A stretch of DNA of 64,000 nt, taken from positions 44,027-108,026 of the forward strand of contig CAZJHO010000003.1 of the NCBI GenBank assembly GCA_964546015.1, written 5' to 3'. A program made the position numbers and the translations under genes. The notes under the pieces are model-generated. The model ran no database searches and had not been told where the DNA came from. It worked only from the letters and a program-made list of their open reading frames with translations. The first letter of the stretch is position 1; the number at the start of each line of letters is the position of its first letter. Source of the DNA: an uncultured Paludibacter sp. (lineage in GTDB: Bacteria; Bacteroidota; Bacteroidia; Bacteroidales; Paludibacteraceae). Shown here in pieces: positions 48,804 through 58,543 of this stretch.

Positions 48804-48826
48804 ATGTATTCCCTTAATAAACATTT

Positions 48827-48867
48827 AAAAGCCAAGAAATTGAAAGAATCATCAAATCTTGGCTTTT
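48827..48867 (-). terminator. Hairpin terminator after the PiT gene
   Basis: 11-bp stem AAAAGCCAAGA / TCTTGGCTTTT. Confidence 0.55.
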
Positions 48868-48888
48868 ATTATTTCATTATATTTATAT

Positions 48889-49926
48889 TCAAATAAATAA
48901 TTGAATTAGCCAATAAACAGCAGCAGCTAACAACGCACTAACCGGAATAGTTAGAATCCATGCCCAAATAAGATTTCGAGTTACTCCCCAACGAACTGCC
49001 GACAAACGCTTTACTGAACCAACCCCCATAATAGCTCCCGTAATGGTATGTGTTGTACTCACAGGCACATGCAAAGCTTCAGAGATAAAGAGTGTCAAAG
49101 AGCCGGCTGTTTGCGCACAAAATCCTTCGACAGATGTAATCTTAGTAATGCCGCTACCCATGGTCTTCATTATTTTCCAGCCACCACACATAGTTCCCAA
49201 TGCAATTGCGGCAAAACAAGTAAATGGAATCCAGTCATGCATTTCAGCCATGCTACTCATTTTCATAAAGTCGGGCAATCCAGGTATAGCCTGATTAGCT
49301 ATTAATGCAGCACCAATAATCCCCATTACTTTTTGAGAATCGTTTAATCCATGTCCTATACTCAATCCTGCCGAAGACACCAATTGTAACCATTTAAACC
49401 ATTTGTCGGCTTTAGCAGGTTTTACATTTTTCATAACATGATAAGTAAGGATGGTAACTATCAAGCCAATAATCATACCCAACAATGGGGCACCGATAAT
49501 AAAAATAGCTATAAAACCAATAGTACCTCCATCAACTGCTGCAAAATTAAAATTGTTCCCGGCAATAGCGGCTCCGGCAAAACCACCAATCAGTGTGTGA
49601 GATGAAGATGAAGGAATTCCTAACCACCAAGTGAGCAAATTCCACATAATAGCAGCTACCAATCCAGCGGCTACTATTTCTGTTGTAATAAATTGTGGTC
49701 TAACTGTTTTTGAAACAGTATTAGCAATACTCTCGCCAAAACCACCCATAAAATGTACTGCTATAAAATAAGCTACAAAATTAAAAAAAGCCGCCCAAAT
49801 AACAGCTTGTATTGGTGTTAATACACGGGTAGAAACAACCGTCGCAATAGAGTTTGCTGCATCATGAAATCCGTTGATAAAATCGAAAATGATAGCTAAA
49901 ACAATGACTACTATTAATAAAACCAT
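48889..49926 (-). CDS. PiT-family inorganic phosphate transporter
   Basis: FINGFHDAANSIATVVSTRVL and the duplicated GLNDSQKVMG-type motif. 345 aa, polytopic. Confidence 0.92.
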   Translation of the reverse strand: MVLLIVVIVLAIIFDFINGFHDAANSIATVVSTRVLTPIQAVIWAAFFNFVAYFIAVHFMGGFGESIANTVSKTVRPQFITTEIVAAGLVAAIMWNLLTWWLGIPSSSSHTLIGGFAGAAIAGNNFNFAAVDGGTIGFIAIFIIGAPLLGMIIGLIVTILTYHVMKNVKPAKADKWFKWLQLVSSAGLSIGHGLNDSQKVMGIIGAALIANQAIPGLPDFMKMSSMAEMHDWIPFTCFAAIALGTMCGGWKIMKTMGSGITKITSVEGFCAQTAGSLTLFISEALHVPVSTTHTITGAIMGVGSVKRLSAVRWGVTRNLIWAWILTIPVSALLAAAVYWLIQLFI

Positions 49927-49954
49927 ATTTTTGATTTGTATTTAATTAGAAAAG

Positions 49955-50007
49955 AAAAAAGTTAGGAATTAAAAAGAACATTTTGTCCGGAAATTCCTAA
50001 CTTTTTT
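49955..50007 (-). terminator. 16-bp perfect hairpin between the DUF47 and PiT cistrons (attenuator or processing site)
   Basis: AAAAAAGTTAGGAATT (49955..49970) / AATTCCTAACTTTTTT (49992..50007) with a 21-nt loop. The right arm overlaps the DUF47 stop codon. Confidence 0.55.
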
Positions 50008-50657
50008 TATGAGTATTTAATCAAGATAGTTTTCAGCACCTTAGCCACATCATTTACACAATTAGTGGTGCGCTCTAACTCTTTCATAATTTGGGTAAGT
50101 TTAAACAATTCAATAGCATCTTTTTCCATTTGGAAAACATCAAGCATAAAATGTTCATATAAATCATCGGCTTCACGCTCCAATTCTTTCATCATACTAC
50201 AACGAGCACGAACAATTTCACCTTTCGTCTTTAAACTGCTGAACTCTATCATTGCCGAACGAATCTCGTCGCAGCCTTTTTGGATAATATCTACTAATTC
50301 AAAAGCCTGCTGAGGTAAAACTTCAGGATTATAAAGTACTATTCGTTTGGATGCTCCATTGATATAATCTAATACATCATCCAACGCATCAGCAAGCATA
50401 CGAATATCTTCACGATCAAAAGGAGTTACAAAAGTATCATTCAAAGCTTCGAAAAGTTCATTGGTAATTCCGTCACCTTTTTTTTCGGTTTCTTTGATGC
50501 GTTTGTAGATGTTTCGGCGCTCTTCAATATCCGTAGTTTTAACAAATTCGATAAAAATAGTTCCGGCTTCTGACAATAACTTTCCCGAAGCTTCGAACAA
50601 AGGGAAGAAAGTGCTTTCTTTTGGTAAGAAAAATGAAAAGATAGAATTTAGTTTCAT
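50007..50657 (-). CDS. DUF47-family (PhoU-like) phosphate transport regulator
   Basis: 216 aa, helical. FFPLFE...TPFDREDI...LYEHF pattern of YkaA/DUF47 proteins that accompany PiT. Confidence 0.85.
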   Translation of the reverse strand: MKLNSIFSFFLPKESTFFPLFEASGKLLSEAGTIFIEFVKTTDIEERRNIYKRIKETEKKGDGITNELFEALNDTFVTPFDREDIRMLADALDDVLDYINGASKRIVLYNPEVLPQQAFELVDIIQKGCDEIRSAMIEFSSLKTKGEIVRARCSMMKELEREADDLYEHFMLDVFQMEKDAIELFKLTQIMKELERTTNCVNDVAKVLKTILIKYS

Positions 50658-50733
50658 TCTTTTTATTATGTTTTTTGAAATTACAAATATAAAACAACAA
50701 GGAAAACTATCAAAAAAGTCTCTCTTTTTTAAG

Positions 50734-52164
50734 TTAAATTATTCCAAAAGACCCTGTAGTAAGCCATTGGTAAATACAACTTATCAATCCGATAAATATA
50801 GTCCCCGCCAAACAGATCCATAAAGCGATTTTTGCATAACAATCTGTTTTTATAGGGGCAATAGCATTATCATTAGGGTTAATAAACATTGCTTTTACTA
50901 CCAACAAATAATAATACAAAGAAACAACAGTATTAAGCAATGCAATAAAAACTAAAATATAATAACCTTGATGCGCTGCTACAATAAATACGAAGAATTT
51001 ACTGAAGAAACCGGCAAATGGAGGAATTCCTGCCAATGAAAACAAAAATAACATCAACGCTACGCTCAATTTAGGATTGGTTTTATACAAACCACTATAG
51101 TCGGCTATATTTTGTTTTTTAGAAGCATTCTCGATAATCGAAACCACACCGAATAAACCGATATTCGATACCAAATATACCAACAAATAATACAATACAG
51201 CCGACATTCCTTCTGGAGTTCCGGCAATAATACCCAACATAATATATCCTGCTTGCGAAATAGAAGAAAATGCTAAGAAGCGTTTCATATTACGCTGACG
51301 CATTGCAAATAAGTTACCAATAGTAATAGTAATAACAATCAGTCCCCAAACTATATATTCCCAATAAAGTGCCAATCCGCCAAAAACTTTGAACAACACC
51401 AGCATCAAAGCAACTGCAGCTGCACCTTTCGAAACAACAGACAAGAAAGCTGTAATGTTGGTTGGTGCACCCTGATACACATCGGCAGTCCAAAGATGGA
51501 AAGGAACCAACGAGATTTTAAATGCCATGCCGGAAAGGAAAAACACCATTCCCAACAATGTAAGCGAATTTAACGAAACCGTATAGCGCATCACATCGAA
51601 ATATAAACCTTCGCTACCGGCAGACCCATATAACATGGCAATACCAAACAGCATCATAGCCGAAGAAAATGCAGCGATTAAAACAAATTTAGCACCTGCT
51701 TCAACAGATTCCAACGAATATTTATTATAAGCAATCAACGCTACCAAAGGCAATGATGCTAACTCTAATCCAATGTAGAAAATCAAGAAATGTCCGGCGG
51801 AAATCATTAAATCCATTCCCAACAAAGTGGAAAGAATCAAAATGTAAACTTCTGATTTTTTGTGGAAAGTATGTTCATCGTTCAACCAAGTTTTTGATTG
51901 AAAAAAAACCAAGATCACACCTAAATTAAGTAATGATTTTACAATTGCCGTCATTGAATCCGAAACAAACATGCCGCCGAAAAATGTTCCGGAACATACC
52001 GGCAAAAAACTTATAACAGTACTTACCAAAAATAATGTACAAGCTATCGCATCAGTATATTTTTTCGTTTTGTCGGACGCGAACAAATCATAAATAATCA
52101 AAAATACAATTTGAAAAATGATCAAGAACTCTGTTCGCATCAAAAATAAGGTGTCTAAATTCAT
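50734..52164 (-). CDS. nuoN: NADH-quinone oxidoreductase subunit N
   Basis: 476-aa antiporter-like subunit. Last gene of the nuo string. Confidence 0.92.
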   Translation of the reverse strand: MNLDTLFLMRTEFLIIFQIVFLIIYDLFASDKTKKYTDAIACTLFLVSTVISFLPVCSGTFFGGMFVSDSMTAIVKSLLNLGVILVFFQSKTWLNDEHTFHKKSEVYILILSTLLGMDLMISAGHFLIFYIGLELASLPLVALIAYNKYSLESVEAGAKFVLIAAFSSAMMLFGIAMLYGSAGSEGLYFDVMRYTVSLNSLTLLGMVFFLSGMAFKISLVPFHLWTADVYQGAPTNITAFLSVVSKGAAAVALMLVLFKVFGGLALYWEYIVWGLIVITITIGNLFAMRQRNMKRFLAFSSISQAGYIMLGIIAGTPEGMSAVLYYLLVYLVSNIGLFGVVSIIENASKKQNIADYSGLYKTNPKLSVALMLFLFSLAGIPPFAGFFSKFFVFIVAAHQGYYILVFIALLNTVVSLYYYLLVVKAMFINPNDNAIAPIKTDCYAKIALWICLAGTIFIGLISCIYQWLTTGSFGII

Positions 52165-52231
52165 CTTTATATTTACTAATAAGTAATTTTCTTAAATATA
52201 TTATCAAAAACCTCAAATAGATTTTGGTGCA

Positions 52232-53677
52232 TTATATGCCTAAAATATTAGTTATTATAAATGGTGCACAACCAATAAAGGCAATAAAAATAATTAATGT
52301 TACAGAAGCAATTCTTTCATGCCAAGTAGCATCAGTTAATGCTAAATGATGTTCGTCCTGCACGGGACCAAAAATAATTTTACCCACCACACGCAAGATA
52401 TATACAGCGGTAATCACAATAGAAGCACAAGCTAAAATTGTCAACACGCGATGGAAGGCATCGTCATGTTGGAACGACCCTACAAAAATGGTCATCTCAG
52501 ATACGAAACCACTCAAGCCCGGTAAACCGAGTGATGCCAAACCTGCGATAACCCAACAAATCGAAAGAAATGGCATAATTTTCATTAATCCACCCATTTG
52601 ATCTACCATACGCGTATGTGTGCGACCATAAATCATTCCGATTAATGCAAAAAACAAGGCTGTCATTAATCCATGAGAAAGCATTTGCATAATGGCTCCT
52701 GTTGTTGCGGTTGTATTTAGCATCAGTAACGCGAAAAGAACCAATCCACAGTGACTTACAGAAGAATACGCGTTGATATATTTTAAATCTTTTTGAACAA
52801 TAGCACCAAAAGCTCCGTAAACAACACTAATACCTGTCAAAATAAGGAAAAGAGTTGAGTAAGTTTGTGCAGCTTCGGGCATCAGTACGATGGCAACACG
52901 ATAACAACCATAACCTCCCAATTTCATCAAAACACCTGCATGAAGCATCGATACAGCTGTCGGTGCAGAAGCGTGACCATCAGGCGACCAAGTATGGAAT
53001 GGGAATAAAGCACCCAATACACCAAAACCCAAGAAAGTGAATGGAAAAAAGAAATTTTGTACTGATTCCGGAATATGAGTTTTGGCAATTTCAAGAATAT
53101 TCATCGAATTTATACCCGAACCAAAATAAATTCCCAAAATTCCAAGTAATAGGAAAGCCGATCCTCCCATTAACATCAAAGTCAGTTTCATGGCAGAATA
53201 TTCCTTGCGTCCTGTCCCCCAAAGCCCAATTAGCAAATACATTGGTATCAGAGCAACTTCATAGAATAGGAACATGGCAAACATATCTACCGTGATGAAA
53301 AAACCAAACACCCCAATAGAAAGCAATAAAAACCAAAGGAAAAATTCTTTTACCTGATAATCTAAATTCCACGAAGCAAAAACGCCTGTAAAGACAATAA
53401 TTGCGGAAAGGATAAGCATCGAAACAGAAATTCCATCAACTCCTAACGAGAATTTAATATTAAAAGCTTCATACCATGTAATATCACTGGTAAACAACAT
53501 TGGGGCATCGTTTACTGCTCTTTCTTGTATAAATAGGTACAATACCACAAATGAAAATATCAATAACAGGCTCGAACCTATTGCCATAAATATCTTTATC
53601 TGTTTGTCACTTTTAAGTAACACCACGCCGCCCATCATCAACAGCGGTATCAGTACGAAAAGAAATAAGAAATTCAT
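52232..53677 (-). CDS. nuoM: NADH-quinone oxidoreductase subunit M
   Basis: 481-aa antiporter-like subunit (FPFHTWSPDGHASAPTAVSMLHAGVLMKLGGYG). Confidence 0.93.
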   Translation of the reverse strand: MNFLFLFVLIPLLMMGGVVLLKSDKQIKIFMAIGSSLLLIFSFVVLYLFIQERAVNDAPMLFTSDITWYEAFNIKFSLGVDGISVSMLILSAIIVFTGVFASWNLDYQVKEFFLWFLLLSIGVFGFFITVDMFAMFLFYEVALIPMYLLIGLWGTGRKEYSAMKLTLMLMGGSAFLLLGILGIYFGSGINSMNILEIAKTHIPESVQNFFFPFTFLGFGVLGALFPFHTWSPDGHASAPTAVSMLHAGVLMKLGGYGCYRVAIVLMPEAAQTYSTLFLILTGISVVYGAFGAIVQKDLKYINAYSSVSHCGLVLFALLMLNTTATTGAIMQMLSHGLMTALFFALIGMIYGRTHTRMVDQMGGLMKIMPFLSICWVIAGLASLGLPGLSGFVSEMTIFVGSFQHDDAFHRVLTILACASIVITAVYILRVVGKIIFGPVQDEHHLALTDATWHERIASVTLIIFIAFIGCAPFIITNILGI

Positions 53678-53734
53678 TTATTATGGTGGTTAATTATAAT
53701 TGTTAATGTTAAAGAAATCTGATTTTAATACAAG

Positions 53735-55657
53735 TTAGATTGCCACAGCAATAACCAATGCTGCAATAACTAAAGCAGACAAAGCAAATACCCAAACATA
53801 TTGTTGAAGGTTACCCGATTGCATATCTTTTATTTTACCTGAAGCAGTGTTAGTCCAACGAGCTTGGAAGTCCATAAATCCATCAATCACTTTACGGTCG
53901 AACCATGCAATAGGGGTTGAAATACAATTGAAGATTATTTTTTTAGTAACAAAAAGGTATAATTCGTCGAAGTAAAATTTATTTTTTACAGCTACATAAA
54001 AACCGTTGAGCGCTATTGAAATTCTGTCCGGAATATCAGTTTGCTTTTTATACATTACCGTAGCAATTCCAATACCTACAACGCCTATCAAAATACTTGG
54101 GATAGCAATTGCCCAATCAATATGAGCAACAAAAGAAGCACCGTCTGTAGTAATTAAACCGTGGAACGGAACAAATCCGGTCACAAGGGTTAATAATCCT
54201 AAAAAAATAAGTGGAGCACTCATAGCTAAACCACCTTCGTGCGGAGTATGATGATAATGAGTTTCTTTCCCCCAGAAAATGCCATAATACAACCGGAACA
54301 TATAAAATGCTGTTAACCCTGCCACTAGATATTGACAAACAAATAAAATTTTATCGTGATGGAATGCAGCTACCAAGATTTCGTCTTTACTAAAAAAGCC
54401 GGAGAATGGTGGAATTCCTGCAATAGACAAGCAAGCAATTAAAAAAGTAATATGTGTAATCGGTAAATATTTACGCAAACCTCCCATATCGCCTATCTCG
54501 TTGCTATGAACAGCATGGATAACCGCACCGGCACCCAAAAATAACAAGGCTTTGAAGAACGCATGTGTAAACAAATGGAACATAGATGCCATATACCCCA
54601 AACCATCATGTCCACCAAAACTTGAAACCCCCAATGCCACCATCATGTAAGCAATTTGCGAAATGGTAGAAAATGCCAATACACGCTTAATATCTGTTTG
54701 CGTACATGCAACAACAGCAGCAAATAACGAAGTTGCAGCACCTACATAAGCTACTACTGTCAAAACATCAGGTGTAACGAAGAAATACAAAGGGAACAAA
54801 CGAGCAACCAAATACACACCCGCTACGACCATCGTAGCTGCGTGAATAAGTGCCGAAACGGGGGTTGGTCCTTCCATTGCATCCGGTAACCAAATGTGTA
54901 ACGGTAGCATAGCCGATTTTCCTGCACCCCCCATAAAAATAAGCAATGTAGCCCAACTTATTACCGAGAAGCCCATAAATGTAGCACTTACAGGATTAGT
55001 GATAATAGAACCATTAGGATCCGTCAATGCACCGAAATCGAAAGTATTTGTGAAATATGATAGAATTAAAATACCGATAAGGAAGCCCAAATCGGCAAAA
55101 CGGGTAACAATAAATGCTTTTTTAGCTGCTTTTACAGCCGAAGGCTTAGTGTAATAGAATCCAATCAAAAGGAATGATGAAACTCCCACCAATTCCCAAA
55201 AAATATACATTTGAAAAATGTTGGTTGCTAATACCAATCCAAGCATTGAGAAAGTGAACAACGAAAGGAAAGAATAATAGCGTTGGAATCCCCTTTCTCC
55301 ATGCATATAACCCAAACTGTAAATATGCACCATCAACGAAACTGTACTGATTACCACCAGCATCATGACTGAAATCGGATCAAGCAAAATACCTAAATCA
55401 ATATGTAAAGTGTCGTTGAACCGTAGCCATTCAACACTTTGAGAAAATTTTTGATAAACCTCACCTACTTTTCCAAAAATGAAAAAATAATCAAATGCTG
55501 TGTAATACGACAAAATCGCTACAATAGATAATCCGATAGTACCAATTGTTCCGGCAGTTTTATGAGAGAACTTACTGTCAGCCAATCCTAATAACAAAAA
55601 ATTAAAAACCGGAATGGCAAGAATTAAAATGGAAATTATTATAATATATGATTGCAT
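53735..55657 (-). CDS. nuoL: NADH-quinone oxidoreductase subunit L
   Basis: 640 aa with the C-terminal lateral-helix extension (LPLHIWLPDAMEGPTPVSALIHAATMV). Confidence 0.93.
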   Translation of the reverse strand: MQSYIIIISILILAIPVFNFLLLGLADSKFSHKTAGTIGTIGLSIVAILSYYTAFDYFFIFGKVGEVYQKFSQSVEWLRFNDTLHIDLGILLDPISVMMLVVISTVSLMVHIYSLGYMHGERGFQRYYSFLSLFTFSMLGLVLATNIFQMYIFWELVGVSSFLLIGFYYTKPSAVKAAKKAFIVTRFADLGFLIGILILSYFTNTFDFGALTDPNGSIITNPVSATFMGFSVISWATLLIFMGGAGKSAMLPLHIWLPDAMEGPTPVSALIHAATMVVAGVYLVARLFPLYFFVTPDVLTVVAYVGAATSLFAAVVACTQTDIKRVLAFSTISQIAYMMVALGVSSFGGHDGLGYMASMFHLFTHAFFKALLFLGAGAVIHAVHSNEIGDMGGLRKYLPITHITFLIACLSIAGIPPFSGFFSKDEILVAAFHHDKILFVCQYLVAGLTAFYMFRLYYGIFWGKETHYHHTPHEGGLAMSAPLIFLGLLTLVTGFVPFHGLITTDGASFVAHIDWAIAIPSILIGVVGIGIATVMYKKQTDIPDRISIALNGFYVAVKNKFYFDELYLFVTKKIIFNCISTPIAWFDRKVIDGFMDFQARWTNTASGKIKDMQSGNLQQYVWVFALSALVIAALVIAVAI

Positions 55658-55661
55658 GTTT

Positions 55662-55970
55662 TTAGTATTTTAAATTCTTCACTTCGCTAGTAGTAATTTT
55701 CTTTCCATTACGGAACACATTAATAATAATTGCAATGGCAATAGCTGTTTCGGCGGCTGCAATACCTATGACAAACAACGAAAAAAACATTCCCTCCATT
55801 TGCCCCGGAAATAAATATCGGTTGAACACCACAAAAGTGATATTTACTGCATTGAGCATCAATTCAAGAGACATCAACACGGCAATCATATTGCGTCGAG
55901 TGATAAATCCGTAAACGCCAATAAAAAACAACAATGCGCTTACCACCAAATAACATTCCATTGGAACCAT
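55662..55970 (-). CDS. nuoK: NADH-quinone oxidoreductase subunit K
   Basis: 102 aa, three TM helices, LMSLELMLNAVN motif. Confidence 0.9.
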   Translation of the reverse strand: MVPMECYLVVSALLFFIGVYGFITRRNMIAVLMSLELMLNAVNITFVVFNRYLFPGQMEGMFFSLFVIGIAAAETAIAIAIIINVFRNGKKITTSEVKNLKY

Positions 55971-55984
55971 ATATTCTATTATTC

Positions 55985-56103
55985 AGCCCCTAAATCCCCC
56001 GAGGGGACTTGACAGAGCGTTGTTAATTACATTAAATTCTCTTTAAAAAAATTGTTTTACTTTACCCTTTCGTAAAGTCCCCCTTCGGGGGATTTAGAGG
56101 GCT
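55985..56103. repeat. GC-rich double-hairpin inverted-repeat element in the nuoK-nuoJ spacer
   Basis: Left arm AGCCCCTAAATCCCCCGAGGGGACTT (55985..56010). Right arm AAGTCCCCCTTCGGGGGATTTAGAGGGCT (56075..56103). The arms are near-perfect reverse complements, and each contains its own CCCCC-loop-GGGGG hairpin. The interior is AT-rich with a small CTTTAC/GTAAAG hairpin. Confidence 0.75.
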
Positions 56104-56616
56104 TTATTTTTTCCTTGCAATTAAAATTCCTCCAATAATACAAGCCAGCAATAAAACACTGATAGCTTCAAAAGGCAATAAATAACCAAAGCGTTCGGTA
56201 CCCATCAATGATTGTCCAATAGCGTGCATATCAATTTCAGAAGCTGCTACTTGCTTCGCATAAGGGTACTTTTGAGTCAATAGAATAAACGAACAAAATG
56301 CGGCACCAAAAACCGAAATAAGTAGTCCAACTACTTTACGCGATAGTTTGGTTTCAGGCATTTTCTCTCCAACTTGACTTGTAAGGAATATTGAAAACAC
56401 AAACAACACCAAAATACCACCTACATATATTGATATTTGTACCGCTGCTAAAAAATGATAGTTGAGTAACAGATAATAACCTCCTGTAGCAATCAATACA
56501 AAAAGCAAATAAGTAGCTGCTCGTAAAATTCGACGAGATACAACTGACATTATCCCACAGCCTAAAATGACAGCCGAGAGAATTCCGAATATTATTTGTG
56601 ATGCTGTAATTTCCAT
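56104..56616 (-). CDS. nuoJ: NADH-quinone oxidoreductase subunit J
   Basis: 170 aa, five TM helices. Position between nuoK and nuoI. Confidence 0.85.
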   Translation of the reverse strand: MEITASQIIFGILSAVILGCGIMSVVSRRILRAATYLLFVLIATGGYYLLLNYHFLAAVQISIYVGGILVLFVFSIFLTSQVGEKMPETKLSRKVVGLLISVFGAAFCSFILLTQKYPYAKQVAASEIDMHAIGQSLMGTERFGYLLPFEAISVLLLACIIGGILIARKK

Positions 56617-56622
56617 AAAATC

Positions 56623-56670
56623 ATTTACTATTTATCAATTTAAATTTACAATGAACATTCAATAGTAAAT
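56623..56670. repeat. ATTTACTATT / AATAGTAAAT inverted repeat (nuoJ-nuoI spacer)
   Basis: TCATTTACTATTTAT (ATTTACTATT at 56623..56632) and TCAATAGTAAATTGT (AATAGTAAAT at 56661..56670). The flanks are shared with the copy at 31361..31404. Confidence 0.65.
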
Positions 56671-56687
56671 TGTAAATTGTCTAATGG

Positions 56688-57179
56688 TCAATTTTCTTTT
56701 GTTTCTTTTACTTTTACTGCTAATTTTGAGTCTTCTTGATTCAATTGTTTTACCAATTTAGAGCGTGTAAATACAGAATGTTCAAACCATTGTGACCATT
56801 CGATGGCATCTTGCGGACAGGTGCGAACGCATAAATCGCAAAAAATACAACTACCCAAATCGTAAAAATATTTATCTAAAACCTTTTTTTGTTTACCTGT
56901 CTCTTCATCCGTTTCCATTTTTGAAATAATAGTAATCGTTCCATTTGGACAGTTCATTTGGCAAATACCACAAGCAGTACATTTATGTTCGTTAGCAGCA
57001 TTATGAGGCATAACCAACTCACCACGAAAACGCTCGAACATTTCGTTTTTGCCACGATTCTCAGGATATTGTTCTGTAATTTTCGGACGGAAAAAGTTCA
57101 TTATGGTAATTCTCATACCCTGAATCAAGTTCCAAATACCTAATAGTATGCTTTTTATATATTTAAAAAAACTCTTCAT
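56688..57179 (-). CDS. nuoI: NADH-quinone oxidoreductase subunit I (2x[4Fe-4S])
   Basis: CTACGICQMNCP and CIFCDLCVRTCP ferredoxin-type motifs. Confidence 0.9.
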   Translation of the reverse strand: MKSFFKYIKSILLGIWNLIQGMRITIMNFFRPKITEQYPENRGKNEMFERFRGELVMPHNAANEHKCTACGICQMNCPNGTITIISKMETDEETGKQKKVLDKYFYDLGSCIFCDLCVRTCPQDAIEWSQWFEHSVFTRSKLVKQLNQEDSKLAVKVKETKEN

Positions 57180-57204
57180 CGTTATTTCTGTTCAAAGATT
57201 CAAG

Positions 57205-57393
57205 GTTCAAAAATTCAAAAGATTGATTTCGAACAAGAATCTCTATTTTTTAATTATTGTATTTAGTTCCTTTAAAATCAGATTGTTTTAAATATTTAAT
57301 AAAATTTGAAAGTGATTGACTACGAGATTCTCCATCGGAAGATGTCTCTTAACTAGTCTTTTAACTTGAAATCTAATGATTGAATTTTTGAAC
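57205..57393. repeat. 189-bp element bounded by perfect 14-bp terminal inverted repeats (GTTCAA family), fills the nuoI-nuoH spacer
   Basis: GTTCAAAAATTCAA at 57205..57218 and its exact reverse complement TTGAATTTTTGAAC at 57380..57393. No credible ORF inside. The left flank has extra TTCAAAG/TTCAAGG stutter. Confidence 0.7.
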
Positions 57394-57394
57394 T

Positions 57395-58501
57395 TTAGAG
57401 TATTGTCAAAACTGCCATTAGCAATAAATTCACAAAAGCAATCGGCATTAAAATTTTCCACTCGAACTTTAAAAGTTGGTCGATGCGTAAACGCGGAAAA
57501 GTCCAACGCACCCAAAGCGCAAAAAATACACACACTGCTACTTTACCAAAGAACCAAACTATTGATGGAATATAATCCATCACATGGTTAAACGATTCCC
57601 AACCCGGAATATGCAACGGCATCCAACCTCCCAAAAACATAGTTGCAGCAATAGCAGCTACAATGAACATGTTCATATATTCAGCCAAATAATAGAATCC
57701 GAAAGTAATACCTGAATATTCAGTATGATAACCGGCTGTTAATTCTGATTCAGCCTCAGGCAAGTCGAAAGGACCACGGTTTGTTTCAGCATGTCCGGCA
57801 ATCAAATAAATAACAAAAGCAATAAATGCCGGAATTGCTGCCCAACCGTGAAAAATATTCCACACCGTAGCTTGTTGTTCAACAATTTGTGAAAGTTGCA
57901 TAGTACCGGAAAACACTACAATTGTCATCAACGCAATTGCAGCCGAAAGCTCGTAACTTACTAATTGTGCTCCCGAACGCATCGCTCCAATCAGCGTATA
58001 TTTATTGTTGCTCGACCATCCTGCTAACAGTATACCGATAATCCCCAACGATGATACAGCCAATAAATAAAATACTCCGATATTAAAATCGATAGCATGT
58101 AACCCTTTCCCAAATGGCAGTGCAGCAAATGCTAAGATTGACCCCATAATTACGAAAAACGGAGCAATGAAAAATAAGAATTTGTCACTACGGTCGATAT
58201 TAATAATTTCTTTCAACAAAATTTTAATCATGTCTGCCACCGTTTGTAATAAACCCCATTTTCCTACACGGTTAGGACCGATACGACATTGAAAGAAGGC
58301 ACAAATTTTGCGTTCAACATAAATCAAAATCAACGCAAGTACTGCATACAAAGCCAAAAACAATACGCCAACAACAACAAATTCGATTGCTAATACGCCC
58401 CAATGAGGCAGCACAGAATGCAACCAAGTGTCTATATCTGTCGTTATAATACTTGCATCGTAAAATAACGCTTTGAGGTAATAAAGAATTTTATCTAACA
58501 T
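57395..58501 (-). CDS. nuoH: NADH-quinone oxidoreductase subunit H
   Basis: 368 aa. [17 protein letters not shown] and [22 protein letters not shown] motifs. Confidence 0.93.
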   Translation of the reverse strand: MLDKILYYLKALFYDASIITTDIDTWLHSVLPHWGVLAIEFVVVGVLFLALYAVLALILIYVERKICAFFQCRIGPNRVGKWGLLQTVADMIKILLKEIINIDRSDKFLFFIAPFFVIMGSILAFAALPFGKGLHAIDFNIGVFYLLAVSSLGIIGILLAGWSSNNKYTLIGAMRSGAQLVSYELSAAIALMTIVVFSGTMQLSQIVEQQATVWNIFHGWAAIPAFIAFVIYLIAGHAETNRGPFDLPEAESELTAGYHTEYSGITFGFYYLAEYMNMFIVAAIAATMFLGGWMPLHIPGWESFNHVMDYIPSIVWFFGKVAVCVFFALWVRWTFPRLRIDQLLKFEWKILMPIAFVNLLLMAVLTIL

Positions 58502-58543
58502 TTATATCTAATTTTTAAAATGAAAATAAATTTCATTTTTGAA

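Noticed and set aside
57288-57591. ORFs 57288..57533 (minus) and 57376..57591 (plus) in or near the nuoI-nuoH spacer, considered as possible small nuo-associated genes.
   Set aside because: Both run into the nuoH coding region in the wrong frame or strand and have no motifs. The spacer is better explained by the TIR-bounded repeat.
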